In this document: positions 44,981-56,300 of the stretch, piece after piece
How positions within the stretch are numbered: position 1 is the first letter of the stretch
Layout: each line of letters opens with the position of its first letter
Virus record (IMG/VR): IMGVR_UViG_3300004457_000028
Span: 39,295 to 103,294 of that record
Reading direction: 5' to 3' (one strand)
Source of the DNA: a virus
Length of the DNA stretch: 64,000 bases
The notes under the pieces: model-generated
The model's input: only the letters and a program-made list of their open reading frames with translations
What the model was told of the DNA's origin: nothing
Database searches by the model: none
Made by a program: the position numbers and the translations under genes

Positions 44981-46557
44981 TATTCAATCCCGGTGAGGCT
45001 GAAACACGCCCACTTGACCCTTCGGCTATTGTCTATACCACTGCACAGAAAGTTGCAGATTTCCTCTCAATAGGCCCACAGGAAGCCGTTTTAGTCAGTG
45101 CTGACAGCACTGCTAACGCAGTATTTGTTACTGGTGCTGATTACAGAACTGTGGGATTTCAAAAAGATGACACCATTCTAATTTACTCCGACGCTGACCC
45201 ATTGGGAACAGAGAGAGTCATAACATCAATTGGTAGCAGCGCCAGTGGGGTTCAACTCAATTTTGCTGATGTTATCACTGCTGCTGATTATCAAGCAGCC
45301 GATAACGCCTATGTTCAAAACACAGCATCGTTTACCAACGGCAAAACTCGTGGTATGAAGCGCTCAGTTGTTGAGGCTCGTATCAAAGAGGCTCAAGATA
45401 AGATTGACAATCTAACACACAACGCTTGGCGACCTTATCTCGTGAGTGCTGAATACATCAATTTTGATACTTACAAACCATACCGCCGACGATACTATAC
45501 GGATTATGTCGGCACAGCACCCCTCCTTTTCAGGAATATCCAGCAAATCCTTCGCCTTGAACTATGGCAGGGTGACGATTACAGAGAGATTGCTACCTCT
45601 GAGGCTCGTATCAAAATGCCTGAAGATGTCAGAGCACTCTCAGGCTCTATCGTGGTGTCATCGGGTAACGGTGCTGCTGCTACACTAACAATAGGAACTG
45701 GTTCTACACAGTGGCGTGCTGACTTTGACGCTGCTACTACCGCACAGAATCTTGCTGACCTCATTAACAAAGAAGACAGAGTATCTAAAGCAGCATTGGC
45801 TTTTACTCCACCATACACACTGGAGGGTTCTACAGAAAATGTGGCACTCAATAACGAGTTCCTCGCTACCGCTAACTCCGATTACGGAACTGGACAAGTA
45901 AAGATGACATCCATGCGTGCAGGTAAAGGTGGTGAATCTTGTTCTATTGTGTCTACTGATGACAACATTCAGTTCTCTCAAGTTTCTACACATAGCACCG
46001 CCTTTGTCAGTTACGATGGTAGCGCAGCACCTACTGTAATCAATGTTGTAAATACTGGCGGTTTTACTCACGCTGGTGTAGCAGTAGACGCAAGTGGTGA
46101 TGTATTCCAGTATACAAATAAAACTCTTACATCGTTTACAGGATGCACCATCGTAGATACAGGAACAAGTTCTACATTAAGTGATATTACAGGAACAATT
46201 ACTCAAAACACCATGAGGATTGACCTTCAAGGTGGTAGTAACTTAGGCGACAACGCACGATTGCGTGACTGGTGGCTTGACCATGAAATGGGTGTCATTT
46301 ACTTCAACAACTCTTATCCTTTCTTTGAATGGAATGCAATTAAGTGCTCTTACATCTATGGTGAGCGTTATCTTGAGAAGGCTATAGAAGAGGCTGCTAC
46401 AAAGATGGTGGCTTGTGATGTCTTGATGTCGGATGACAGAAGCGTTCTAATTCCTGAAGGCACACAAAATGTAGACTTGACTTCTAAGATTCAATTATTG
46501 AAGTCTGAAGTTGATTCTATCTTAGCCCGTTATATTGAAATTATTGTCTTTGAGTGA
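44971..46557 (+). CDS. Head-tail adaptor/neck protein with inserted beta domains
   Basis: YTTAQKVADFL...IKEAQDKIDNLT...YIYG...AIEEAATKMVA pattern; position. Confidence 0.65.
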   Translation: MPIVFNPGEAETRPLDPSAIVYTTAQKVADFLSIGPQEAVLVSADSTANAVFVTGADYRTVGFQKDDTILIYSDADPLGTERVITSIGSSASGVQLNFADVITAADYQAADNAYVQNTASFTNGKTRGMKRSVVEARIKEAQDKIDNLTHNAWRPYLVSAEYINFDTYKPYRRRYYTDYVGTAPLLFRNIQQILRLELWQGDDYREIATSEARIKMPEDVRALSGSIVVSSGNGAAATLTIGTGSTQWRADFDAATTAQNLADLINKEDRVSKAALAFTPPYTLEGSTENVALNNEFLATANSDYGTGQVKMTSMRAGKGGESCSIVSTDDNIQFSQVSTHSTAFVSYDGSAAPTVINVVNTGGFTHAGVAVDASGDVFQYTNKTLTSFTGCTIVDTGTSSTLSDITGTITQNTMRIDLQGGSNLGDNARLRDWWLDHEMGVIYFNNSYPFFEWNAIKCSYIYGERYLEKAIEEAATKMVACDVLMSDDRSVLIPEGTQNVDLTSKIQLLKSEVDSILARYIEIIVFE

Positions 46558-46563
46558 TGCGTT

Positions 46564-46905
46564 ATGGTAAGTGGGCCTCAAGATGAGTTTTTGGAGATGC
46601 TGACCGCTGAGTTATCAGACCCAAAATATCAAGAGGAACTCCGAATGGTTATCACCCAAAGACCTGAAAACTACAGAAACAAGGTAGAAGCACAGGAATT
46701 AGGGATGGAAAACATCATGAAAACTGAAGAAGGCTACCGACAAAACAACAAACCAGCGCCTCAAGGAGCAATTGATGCTGCCTTAAAGCGTGCTGATGAG
46801 CGTATGCTTCGTGAATCACCATTACTTCAAGAGAAAAAACTCAAGTTTTCAGGCGGGATGTTAGTCCCCGACATGACAAAATACAAGAAAATGAAGGCGG
46901 AGTGA
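46564..46905 (+). CDS. Hypothetical neck-region protein
   Basis: ORF track. Confidence 0.65.
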   Translation: MVSGPQDEFLEMLTAELSDPKYQEELRMVITQRPENYRNKVEAQELGMENIMKTEEGYRQNNKPAPQGAIDAALKRADERMLRESPLLQEKKLKFSGGMLVPDMTKYKKMKAE

Positions 46906-46909
46906 TAAC

Positions 46910-47356
46910 ATGGTTGCTACATTTACTGAATCTCTTGATATGGTTGTCTCCACATTGGAGAACTGGAATCGTGGTAACACTGGAAACATCAAACCAGTCA
47001 TCGCTGACATCGCCACAGTAGGTGCTGAGCGAGGAAAAAGGATTGATTTATCCCGCCATGATTACATCTTATGTTATGAGACGGCGCATAACGAAGAAGC
47101 CCCTGAATTATTCTATGATTTTGTCACAACTCGTCTAAATATCACGGTAGACGCTCGCACAGCCAAGGGGAGAAAACATCTTCAGGCTATGGAAAACGAG
47201 ATACGCCGCCTCATTCACTCTGTAAGAAAAGGGGATGGTGTGAACTTTGACCGTATGGTATACAAGACTCGCACTGACCTCTCCGATAGGTCAAAGGTTT
47301 TATTTCGGATGACCTTTCAGATAGAAGTAGTTATCTTTGCGGAGTTAGTGCCTTGA
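46910..47356 (+). CDS. Tail terminator/completion protein
   Basis: 148 aa directly before the tail tube; alpha/beta pattern. Confidence 0.55.
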   Translation: MVATFTESLDMVVSTLENWNRGNTGNIKPVIADIATVGAERGKRIDLSRHDYILCYETAHNEEAPELFYDFVTTRLNITVDARTAKGRKHLQAMENEIRRLIHSVRKGDGVNFDRMVYKTRTDLSDRSKVLFRMTFQIEVVIFAELVP

Positions 47357-47367
47357 GTTGAACGGAC

Positions 47368-49596
47368 ATGCCATCTACAGTATACAAAGGAGATTTGACC
47401 GAGGTTGCCTTCGGTCACGAGACAGGATTGAAACTACCACATGGGTATGCGGGGTCGTTCAAGTTTACTCACGCAAGTAAAAGTGATTCAGCAAATACCA
47501 GTGTAATTAAGTTCACAGGAGGCGATGCTTCTACTCCTTGTGTTGGTGGTCTTTTACTCTACCCAGTCGGTATGCTGGTTGGATGTAGGCTTTCTATTAT
47601 TGGTAAGGGTGATTTTGGCGCTGATGATTCTCACGATACTGGGCGCACATACACAATTATGGAGCATAAAAATCACAGCACTAATAAAACTGAACTCACC
47701 GTTACACCTGCTTTGAAAACAGGACTTGTTGATTCAAACACTAATGATACTTTGATTATTTCTTCTTTTGGAACTCCTACTTTTGACGCAAACATGGGTG
47801 GGTGGAATGTCACAGCAGCGAGCAGTAGTGAGCGTGTGCTTACTGACCAATTCCTCGGTCTTGCAGCCACTCTTACACTACCTGAAACAAAGGTAGACCT
47901 CAAGCGATACCATATCGTGGGACTTGGCCGTGATACGGCAATTCAAGTGCCGGGTCGTTTCCTAAATGAAGGTGGTTCATTTGAGGTCAATCTACACAAT
48001 CCTCGTTGGTTGTATTACGCTCTTGGTATGGAGTCTGTTTCAGTTGGTGACCAATTTGATAGTTTAATCGCTACTGATAGAACACTCGCAGCAGCAACTT
48101 CAATCGGTGAGACTTTAGTGACTTTGGATAATTCTTCTGTTCAGTTTAACTTCCCCGGTGTAATTACTGGTATTTCACTAACAAACGCTGGAACAGGTTA
48201 TCCTAACGGTGCTACAACCGCTGTCCCTAACCCTACAGGTGGAACTGGGTCGGGTGCTACATTTAACGCAGTTGAGAGCACAGGTAGTGGTGGAATCCTT
48301 GATTCTGCTACTATCACCGCAGGTGGAACTGGGTATAAAATCGGAGATGTAATTACACTCGCTGCGGTTGGTGGTGGAGACGCTACTGTAACTGTCACTA
48401 ACACAGATGCTGCTTCAAATGTTCGTGCTGGTGACTATGTTTTGTTCAAAGATGCTAACTTAGAAGACATCATTACTTACAGTAACGCTGGCACTTTAGG
48501 TGCTGACAAAGCCTTCGGTGTAAGTGGTATCGGTGGTGAAGATTACTTTGACCAAACTCAAAAACAAGAGATTCGTCGTATCGCCGCTATCAATGGAACA
48601 AACATTTGGCTTGACGATGCTCTTTGTTTCCCTCACGCCACAAGCACTCCTTTGAGATTCATTCGTTTTGACGATGATGGAACTGCTTCAACTGGTAGCC
48701 CTCATCGTGCTGCAACAGGAGCACTTACTCGTGGTGTTACACGATGTTTGTATTCTCGCAGTAGCGTTCCTTCGTTTGCGGTAGAAGTAAGTATTCGCCG
48801 CCGAGATGTTGAAGGCTCTGTTGCTGATGTCACTGACGGCGGAGTTTCTGACCCGAAGCAACTCACTCGTGTCTACAAGGGATGTAAAGTCAAGGACTTC
48901 TCCTTGACAGCCGATACAGATGCTGCTCTTCGTATGAGCGTAAACTTTGATTCAGCGCTATGCTACACAGATACTGGTCGTCTTGAAACCAGCGGGTCTG
49001 CAACTAATTATTCAAGTGGAACAAAAGGTGACCGATACATGGCTCATCGTATGTTTGAAGAAAACAATACAGACGCTGAAAGAAAAGCAACTGGTATTGA
49101 AAAAGGCACACAGAAGCCATACATGTTCTACAACGGAACTGTAACTATTGCTGGTGTTACACTCGGACAAGTTGTTTCCTTTACCATCACTGGTAACACT
49201 GGAGTTCAACAATTCTACACTATCAATGGTGCTGCTATTACTGACAACGAAACAGACCAAATCCCATTCGGTGGTGCTCGTAACGCTTCTCTTGCTGTAG
49301 AAGGTAAGACAGAGTATACAATGGACTGTGAAATTATTGTTGATGACCCAGTGTTCTATCACAAGGTTCGTAGAGCAGTAGACCACGAGGCTTCTACTGC
49401 TAATCAGATTCGTTTGTCTTTTACCAAGCCGGGAACAGCGGGTAGTCGTGAGAGCATTGACATCTTGTTAGATGACTTCTACATCACAGAAGCGCCGCTA
49501 CCAATCCCTGAAGACAAAGGTGTTATCAAAGCACCATTGAAGATTCTACCAAAGGCCATGCGTGTGGTCGCAACAGACACGCTACTACACTCTTGA
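47368..49596 (+). CDS. Major tail (tube) protein with inserted domains
   Basis: N-terminal VAFGHET; C-terminal tube-like strands; GTGY repeat insert ~48157-48410. Confidence 0.7.
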   Translation: MPSTVYKGDLTEVAFGHETGLKLPHGYAGSFKFTHASKSDSANTSVIKFTGGDASTPCVGGLLLYPVGMLVGCRLSIIGKGDFGADDSHDTGRTYTIMEHKNHSTNKTELTVTPALKTGLVDSNTNDTLIISSFGTPTFDANMGGWNVTAASSSERVLTDQFLGLAATLTLPETKVDLKRYHIVGLGRDTAIQVPGRFLNEGGSFEVNLHNPRWLYYALGMESVSVGDQFDSLIATDRTLAAATSIGETLVTLDNSSVQFNFPGVITGISLTNAGTGYPNGATTAVPNPTGGTGSGATFNAVESTGSGGILDSATITAGGTGYKIGDVITLAAVGGGDATVTVTNTDAASNVRAGDYVLFKDANLEDIITYSNAGTLGADKAFGVSGIGGEDYFDQTQKQEIRRIAAINGTNIWLDDALCFPHATSTPLRFIRFDDDGTASTGSPHRAATGALTRGVTRCLYSRSSVPSFAVEVSIRRRDVEGSVADVTDGGVSDPKQLTRVYKGCKVKDFSLTADTDAALRMSVNFDSALCYTDTGRLETSGSATNYSSGTKGDRYMAHRMFEENNTDAERKATGIEKGTQKPYMFYNGTVTIAGVTLGQVVSFTITGNTGVQQFYTINGAAITDNETDQIPFGGARNASLAVEGKTEYTMDCEIIVDDPVFYHKVRRAVDHEASTANQIRLSFTKPGTAGSRESIDILLDDFYITEAPLPIPEDKGVIKAPLKILPKAMRVVATDTLLHS

Positions 49597-49606
49597 GGCG
49601 ACTATC

Positions 49607-50152
49607 ATGCTTACACCATCCATCAGAGCCAATCATTACAACAAATTATCTCACGACGAGTATGCTCATTGGTATGCATCGCAAGTGGGTGTTACTGAGG
49701 GAGACATTGTTAGCGCTGGTAAAAAGGGTTCACTGCATCTCATTGAAAAGGCAGTTGATGCACTTTTGCAGCCAGTGGTCGTAGAAGAGGTCATTGATGT
49801 GCTACCTGAAGAGGTATTTGAAGCAGCATCAGAACTTGTTACACCTGAAGACATTGGTGACAGTGAAGATTTTCCAACAGAACTTACTTATGACGCTATG
49901 ACCGTCAAAGAATTAAAGGCACTTTGTAAAGAGCGTGGGCTACCAGTCTACGGCACAAAGGCAGAACTCGCACTACGCTTGAAGCGTGATGACGAGGGTA
50001 TATCCGAGTCCCCGACAGAAACTGAAGCCCCTGCTGAAGAAGCGGCTGCTGAAGAAGAGTCGGACATCCCCGCTGACGAAGCGGCTATGACCAATGGTGA
50101 GACAGATGACAACAGTGATACAAAACAAGAACCTACTAATGAGACGGAATGA
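49607..50152 (+). CDS. SAP-domain acidic protein
   Basis: MTVKELKALCKERGLPVYGTKAELALRL. Confidence 0.75.
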   Translation: MLTPSIRANHYNKLSHDEYAHWYASQVGVTEGDIVSAGKKGSLHLIEKAVDALLQPVVVEEVIDVLPEEVFEAASELVTPEDIGDSEDFPTELTYDAMTVKELKALCKERGLPVYGTKAELALRLKRDDEGISESPTETEAPAEEAAAEEESDIPADEAAMTNGETDDNSDTKQEPTNETE

Positions 50153-50480
50153 CGAACAGAAACACGAAATCGGTGTAGACCCCGATGACCCTGATGTGGT
50201 CATGGAGGTTTGGATTCGTGATGTTTCTTTCTTTGACATTCAAAAAGCGGCTCAAGAAATGTTCAATATCTCAAAAACTGGTGAAATGTCTCTAAATCTT
50301 GAAGGCTATTACAAATACGCATTCACAAACTGGGTAGTGCGAACTAATCCTAATCTTTCTACTGATGAACTCATGAAACTCAAAGGCTATGTTGGTGAGC
50401 AAATCTCTGCATTATTGCCAAGTCCAAACGAACTTGGAGAGATGATGTCAGGGGGGTTTACCAAAGGCGGGAACAAGTGA
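50106..50480 (+). CDS. Tail assembly chaperone (G-like)
   Basis: Between tail tube and tape measure; GGTGA RBS. Confidence 0.6.
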   Translation: MTTVIQNKNLLMRRNDEQKHEIGVDPDDPDVVMEVWIRDVSFFDIQKAAQEMFNISKTGEMSLNLEGYYKYAFTNWVVRTNPNLSTDELMKLKGYVGEQISALLPSPNELGEMMSGGFTKGGNK

Positions 50481-50755
50481 TTGAGAGTTTTCTCAGTCGC
50501 AAAGTTATCAACACCCCTGCCGAATTAGAACTCTCTCTTGAAATGAAAGCATACATAGTAGCAAAACATTACAGTATATCAATCAAAGAGGTGCAAGAAA
50601 TGACTCCACAACAGTTCTACCAATCTTACACATGGGCTATTGTGGGTCGCAAAGAAGAAGAGAAGGCAAACAAAAGAGCCAATCAGTCTTCAAAAAGTGG
50701 TAGCCGAGAAACGGTTTCTCTTGACTACGATTTCTTAAACACGGAGGATTTCTGA
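50477..50755 (+). CDS. Tail assembly chaperone second part (T-like)
   Basis: -1 frame relative to upstream ORF; VAKHYSISIKEVQEMTPQQF. Confidence 0.55.
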   Translation: MIESFLSRKVINTPAELELSLEMKAYIVAKHYSISIKEVQEMTPQQFYQSYTWAIVGRKEEEKANKRANQSSKSGSRETVSLDYDFLNTEDF

Positions 50756-52071
50756 TGGTAGCACTGGCTGGCCTGACCGTAGCCCTTAGTGGGTTGTCAA
50801 GCGGAGCAGGTGCAGTCTCAGGTATCTTTGGTGCTCTTGGTGGTATTTTCGGTGCTGCTATATCAGCAGTTACTGGTGCTTTTGGTTCTGCAATCGCATT
50901 TATCAAAGAGAAGTTTCAGGTAGTGAAAGACTGGTTTGATGAAAATATCAAGCCAGTTTTTGACGAATTATGGGCTGTCGCTGAGCCAATCATACAGACA
51001 ATCGCTGATTTTGTATCAGACACATTGGGTTTAGCGTTTGATGGTCTAAAAATTGCATGGGACTTGTTAATGACAGGCTTAGATTTGGCTTGGAATGAAG
51101 TCATAGTTCCTCTATGGGATTTGGTAGGCCCAGTTATCCAAGTAGGTTTAGACCTGTTAGGGGTAACATGGGGTTTGCTAATGGATGCTATGAAATTAGC
51201 ATGGGACAATATCATCGTTCCTCTTTGGGATTTAGTCGGCCCAGTTGTTGAAATTGGTATATCCGCTATTGGTTTAGCATGGGATGGACTCATGTATGGT
51301 ATGGAGTTGATTTGGAACAATGTCATTAAACCACTTTGGGATTTAGTCGGCCCACCAATTGAGGCTGGTATAGGACTCATAGGAACTGCATGGGATGGCC
51401 TCATGGATGGTATGGAAGTGATTTGGAACAGTGTCGTTAAACCTCTTTGGGACACTGTAGGCCCACCAATTGAAACTGGTATAAGCGCTATAAAAAGCGC
51501 ATGGGACTTACTCGTTGGTGGAATGGAAACAGTTTGGGATAACACCATTGGCGCTCTATGGGATAAAGTAGGGCCGGGTATGGAGGCCGGGATAGGCGCA
51601 ATCAAACTCGTATGGGATGAACTCGGAGATGCTTTTGACTGGGTATGGTCAAACATTCTCAAACCAATTTTTGATGCCTTTGAATATGTTCTTGACTTAA
51701 TATGGGGAGTCTTAGAACCAGTTGTTGATGCTATCATGGACTTGGTAAGCGCTGGTGGTGAACTCATTGGTGCTGGATTAGACATGCTCGGATTCGCAGA
51801 AGGTGGTGTAGTGAGTGGCCCTGAATCGGGTTACCCAGTTATGCTTCACGGAACAGAAGCCGTTGTGCCTCTATCGGGTGGTCGCTCTATTCCTGTAGAA
51901 CTTGAAGGCGGTGGCGGTGGTGGAGGCGGAAACACTTACAACATTACCATCAATCCTTCAGGTATGACAGACCGAACTGACAAGCGTGAGTTCGCAAGAA
52001 AAATGAGTAGCGCCATTCAGCAAGAGATTGCTCGTGCAAGCGGTGGCTCAACAATGAGGTCGGGTAGATGA
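50755..52071 (+). CDS. Tape measure protein (short)
   Basis: Trp-periodic amphipathic repeats; C-terminal FAEGGVVSGP...HGTEAVVPL. Confidence 0.8.
   Translation: MVALAGLTVALSGLSSGAGAVSGIFGALGGIFGAAISAVTGAFGSAIAFIKEKFQVVKDWFDENIKPVFDELWAVAEPIIQTIADFVSDTLGLAFDGLKIAWDLLMTGLDLAWNEVIVPLWDLVGPVIQVGLDLLGVTWGLLMDAMKLAWDNIIVPLWDLVGPVVEIGISAIGLAWDGLMYGMELIWNNVIKPLWDLVGPPIEAGIGLIGTAWDGLMDGMEVIWNSVVKPLWDTVGPPIETGISAIKSAWDLLVGGMETVWDNTIGALWDKVGPGMEAGIGAIKLVWDELGDAFDWVWSNILKPIFDAFEYVLDLIWGVLEPVVDAIMDLVSAGGELIGAGLDMLGFAEGGVVSGPESGYPVMLHGTEAVVPLSGGRSIPVELEGGGGGGGGNTYNITINPSGMTDRTDKREFARKMSSAIQQEIARASGGSTMRSGR
51109..51663 (+). repeat. 111-bp (37-aa) tandem repeats in tape measure
   Basis: PLWDxVGP-type units at 51109, 51220, 51331, 51442, 51553. 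Confidence 0.85.
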
Positions 52072-53354
52072 GTGACGGCTACGGAACACCTATTCGCCTT
52101 CACTTTGATGCTGGTCATCTTAATGGGATATTCGGTCTTGGTGCTGATGTTTTCCCTCCGATGGAACTTCAGGCTCTTTCTATTGCTCTCAGTGTAGAGC
52201 GTAAAGTGGGTGGTATGCCTTTACCTATTATGGGTGGAAAAAGAATGGGGATTGATTTGAACATGGTTAATTCTACTATTGTCATTGAAGGTATCTTTAC
52301 CGATGATGATGTGAATAGAAGAAACACAGCGGCTACTGGTGCAAACGCACAAATAGATTTTGCTGTCAATCACTCTGACTTATCATCAGTTGGAAAGTTT
52401 ACTCAAGTGCCAAACTCTATATTTGAAAACCTCGCCACTGGTGCTTCAAAACTCACATTACTTGATAAACATGATAACTCAAACAAAATAATCTATTTTG
52501 CTACCAATGACCTTTCATCATCGGCATCTTTAGATTACTCAAATCCGGGTGTTTCAAATGTAAACACAGATAGTGGGACTACAACAATTTTCATACATCC
52601 TACTAACTACCTTACCCCTGCTCAAATGGCAGCGTCTGTTGTTACAGCGTTAGGTGCAAGTCATCTTAATTCTTCTATCTCAGCCGTAGCGTCTACATCA
52701 GAGTTTGTCCCCGCTGCTGGCTCTTCAAAACTCACACTCACACAAACCACCACTGGTAAAATGACAAGGCTTGACACTGTATTTTTTACTAACAGTTCGT
52801 CTTACAACCCTTATCATCTGTCTTTCACAGGAGGCTCAAGTGCCTCTACCAGCAGTCCAAAGTCGGGTGGAGACAAAGTGCAAGACTTGTATGGGATTCT
52901 ACACAACACAGACCGAGGCACTGCTGCTATAATAGTAGGAGCAATAATGGGTGCTGCTGCTGTTGCTGTCACCGCTGCAACAGGTGGTGCTGCTGCTGGT
53001 GCTTTAGCAGCAGGTGCTGGTGCGGGTGGTGGTGCTGGATTACTTTTAGGTATGAAGAGCATGTTCAACGGTGATTATCCTATTGGAATACAGATTCCCT
53101 ATAACTCAATGATTACTGCTGACAATGGTAAAAAGTATGCTATTCGTAACTTTTTGATACGCACAGGTATTTTCAAATCAACAAATGATAAAATATCTGA
53201 TTTTAACGAGCGCGATGCTAATGTAGAGTTTGACACTGGTGACGACACAACGGGTATTCAAGGCACTATTCAAAAGTTGGACATTGGCTACAACGCTGGA
53301 GAGCAGCACTACACATACCAAATGGTCTTTGCACCAATTGACATGATTATTTGA
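52068..53354 (+). CDS. Distal tail/baseplate hub-like protein
   Basis: Directly after TMP; C-terminal GTIQKLDIGYNAGEQHYTYQMVF. Confidence 0.55.
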   Translation: MSDGYGTPIRLHFDAGHLNGIFGLGADVFPPMELQALSIALSVERKVGGMPLPIMGGKRMGIDLNMVNSTIVIEGIFTDDDVNRRNTAATGANAQIDFAVNHSDLSSVGKFTQVPNSIFENLATGASKLTLLDKHDNSNKIIYFATNDLSSSASLDYSNPGVSNVNTDSGTTTIFIHPTNYLTPAQMAASVVTALGASHLNSSISAVASTSEFVPAAGSSKLTLTQTTTGKMTRLDTVFFTNSSSYNPYHLSFTGGSSASTSSPKSGGDKVQDLYGILHNTDRGTAAIIVGAIMGAAAVAVTAATGGAAAGALAAGAGAGGGAGLLLGMKSMFNGDYPIGIQIPYNSMITADNGKKYAIRNFLIRTGIFKSTNDKISDFNERDANVEFDTGDDTTGIQGTIQKLDIGYNAGEQHYTYQMVFAPIDMII

Positions 53355-53363
53355 GGTGAAAAA

Positions 53364-56300
53364 ATGCCTATCATGTTACAATCCAACCACGCTTTGCTGT
53401 TTGATGGTGTAAGCGATGGTGTAATTATCCCCCAAGGTAGTTTCAGTAGAATTGGACAAGACTACGATGATACTCACAAGAGTTCTTCTGATGTTATATC
53501 TACAAACTACGGTGACGGTGTTATCGCTGACGCTTTGGGTGGTGGCCTCGGAATAGAAGCATGGGTAGTCCCTGACTGTGGTGGCGTGATTCTCATGAAA
53601 GAGGGTCAATTCAAACTGAGCATGGGGACTGTAGACACTCCCGGCCCAATTGAGTTTGAAGCAAACATAGACTCCTCTGTTGGTAAGATGAAAGTATTGC
53701 TACGAACAGCCCTACCTGAGACAAACAACTACGATGGTCATGTATATCCAGTGAACACATTTGGTGGGTTAGATGATTCGTATAACCGCTTTGATGCTGG
53801 TAAAGATAAAGCAACATCGTTATCACTTAGTCAAAGACCCTTGTATCACATTGTTGTTGGTCTAAACAAAGGTAGTGTTCAAATCTATGTAAACGGGGAT
53901 TTAGTTGCACAGCAAATGATTCCCTCTGATGCTAAACTGACTAAAAATAACTCACATGTTTTCATTGGAGGTAAAGGTGGCGACTTTAGAGGTATCATTG
54001 AATGCATTCATGTTACTGCTCAGTTCAATAATGAAATGAAGTCTCGTAACCCTGCGTTAGCGGGAGATAATACAATCTCTCTGTTTAGGTTTGAAGAACC
54101 AGTGACTCCGTTGAAAGATGTCTACACTATTACCAGCACCTCAGCAGAGAGCAATCTCACTGCCCTTGTTATTGGGTCTACTAACGCACAGGCTTTGGCT
54201 AACTCTTTGACTGGGAAAACGGTCACAGACAGTTCTGTTGATTTTACAGTCTCTCCTTACTCCACTGGTGTGTATTCAGTTATTGACCGATACACAAACC
54301 CCGGCACTACACAAAACCATCTCGTTCCTCATGTTCCTTACAATCTCCTCATTAACCCCGGCTCAATCAATCAGACCACTAAGAAGCCTAATCAAAAACC
54401 ACCTGAGCGTGTGAGGCTTCATAGCATAGACATCAACAATGGTAAATTATTGGTGTCAAGTGTCCACTTAGATTTCAAAACAACTACCAATGTAAACGGA
54501 CTGCGCCCTATTCTTCATTCAACTCACATCGCAGGGAACGGGGCAAACTCGTTTGTAGTTATCTCGGCTGACTCTTTAATTGAAAACGGCACAGGTCGGC
54601 CTTACCAACCTCCTCATCTTGCTACACAACTGATTGATAGAGCAGGTCAAATGTTAATTGACGAAGGTAAGTTTGAGCAACATGCTATGGTGTATTCCAG
54701 TCGCATGGCTACAACCACTGTTGATACAGAAAACCCATTCGCTGTAGTGTGGCCTACAGACTTAGATGAGTCGTTTCAAGTAGGTCATTCGGGTCGTCAC
54801 ATACTGAACCATGTTGATGGTCACCATTACTTGAGAAACATGCCTCGTGCTAATGAAGAAGGACTTGACCAACAGGCTGGTAACTCGGATATTCTAACCT
54901 TAATGTATGACGAAAGAACAAGAGGAATCAAAGATTTATTCCCAATTAACTCAAGAGTAGATTACTACCGTGATGTGGCACAATTTGAAATCACTGATGT
55001 GGTGAACTCAAGCGCTGTTCATGAAGTTGTAAACAACGGACTTAGTGGTGCGAGTAGAAAACTCATATCCATTGGTGGGGTGAGCACAAGTGCTGCTGAT
55101 TTTGACCCATTCCCATTCCTTCTCAAAGGGCCAGCACCTTTGACATTAGATGCTATTGATTCTAACCTTCGCAAGTTTCACCTACACCCATCCAGTAAGA
55201 GTAGAGTAGCGTTGTTACATGTCCCTACTCTCGCTACTCGTGGGCTTGCTCCTTATGTTGAAGTTCACTACAACGCTATAGATTTTACAGGTGCTTCAAT
55301 GAGTAAAACTTCACCTATGCTTATGGTGGAAAAAACAGTCCCAGCGAGTAATGTTTCTGTTTCAGGCGGTGGGTATGTTTACGATGACATAGCAACTGAT
55401 GTTGCTGCTGGTAACGCAACACTTTACGCCGCTGGTGGTTACATAGATGTTGGTAAATCAAAAGAAGGAAACTTAGGCTCAGTTAATTTCAGTCACTCCC
55501 TCGTCGGTGACAACAGCGAAGGATTTGAGGCTGATGTTGAATTAGATGAGCGACTCACGCCTCAAAACTTTACAGCCACTGGTGATATTGGTAATAACAC
55601 ACCACAGAATGTCAATGCTTCTCATACATCAAAAGCCGACCACGACTCAGTATTTCATCGCCTCTTTATGGAGAGAGTAGAGGTTAAGGGCGGGGCTAAC
55701 ATCACAGAAGAGTTTGCTCGTAGAGTTCCGCATAAAGTTCAGGGTAGCCCAAGTGCGGGGCAATTTGACGAGGGTATCACTTCTTCAGCCTCTGCTATAC
55801 ATGAGTTCTTTGACATCATTGACAATGTTGAAGTTTCAAATCAACTAAGTTCTAATCACCGTTTCTATGTTCAACCCTCTGACAGAAGAAGAACAAACCA
55901 ACTGCAATATGTTTACTCTACCAAAGACAGAGAAGAGAGCAATATCGCCTGTGTAATGTTCTTGATGGGTCGCACAAAATTGCGTGGCGTAGAAGAAGTT
56001 GAAAGCGATGAAGGTCGTTTTACAGCAGTAAACTGCGTAGGACTTTCTGATGTAGCAGCAACCCGTAGCATCAATGAATTAGGCTCAGGTAGCCCTGACT
56101 CGCATGTAGTCAAAGAAATAGACCCTAACGCCCCTGTGGTGAGTGTAACGCTCGGTGGCGTGGGCCAAGGAGCATTTGACACTAAACCTTCTTTTGACCG
56201 CAGCACACTGGCACACCTACCATATAGCACTCGTAGAGGATTCTCATGTCTTGCTACCAAGATAAGAGTAGATAGGAACTCAATTAACAATACTCAATTT

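Noticed and set aside
50916-51785. 289-aa - strand ORF
   Set aside because: Antisense shadow of the repetitive tape measure gene.
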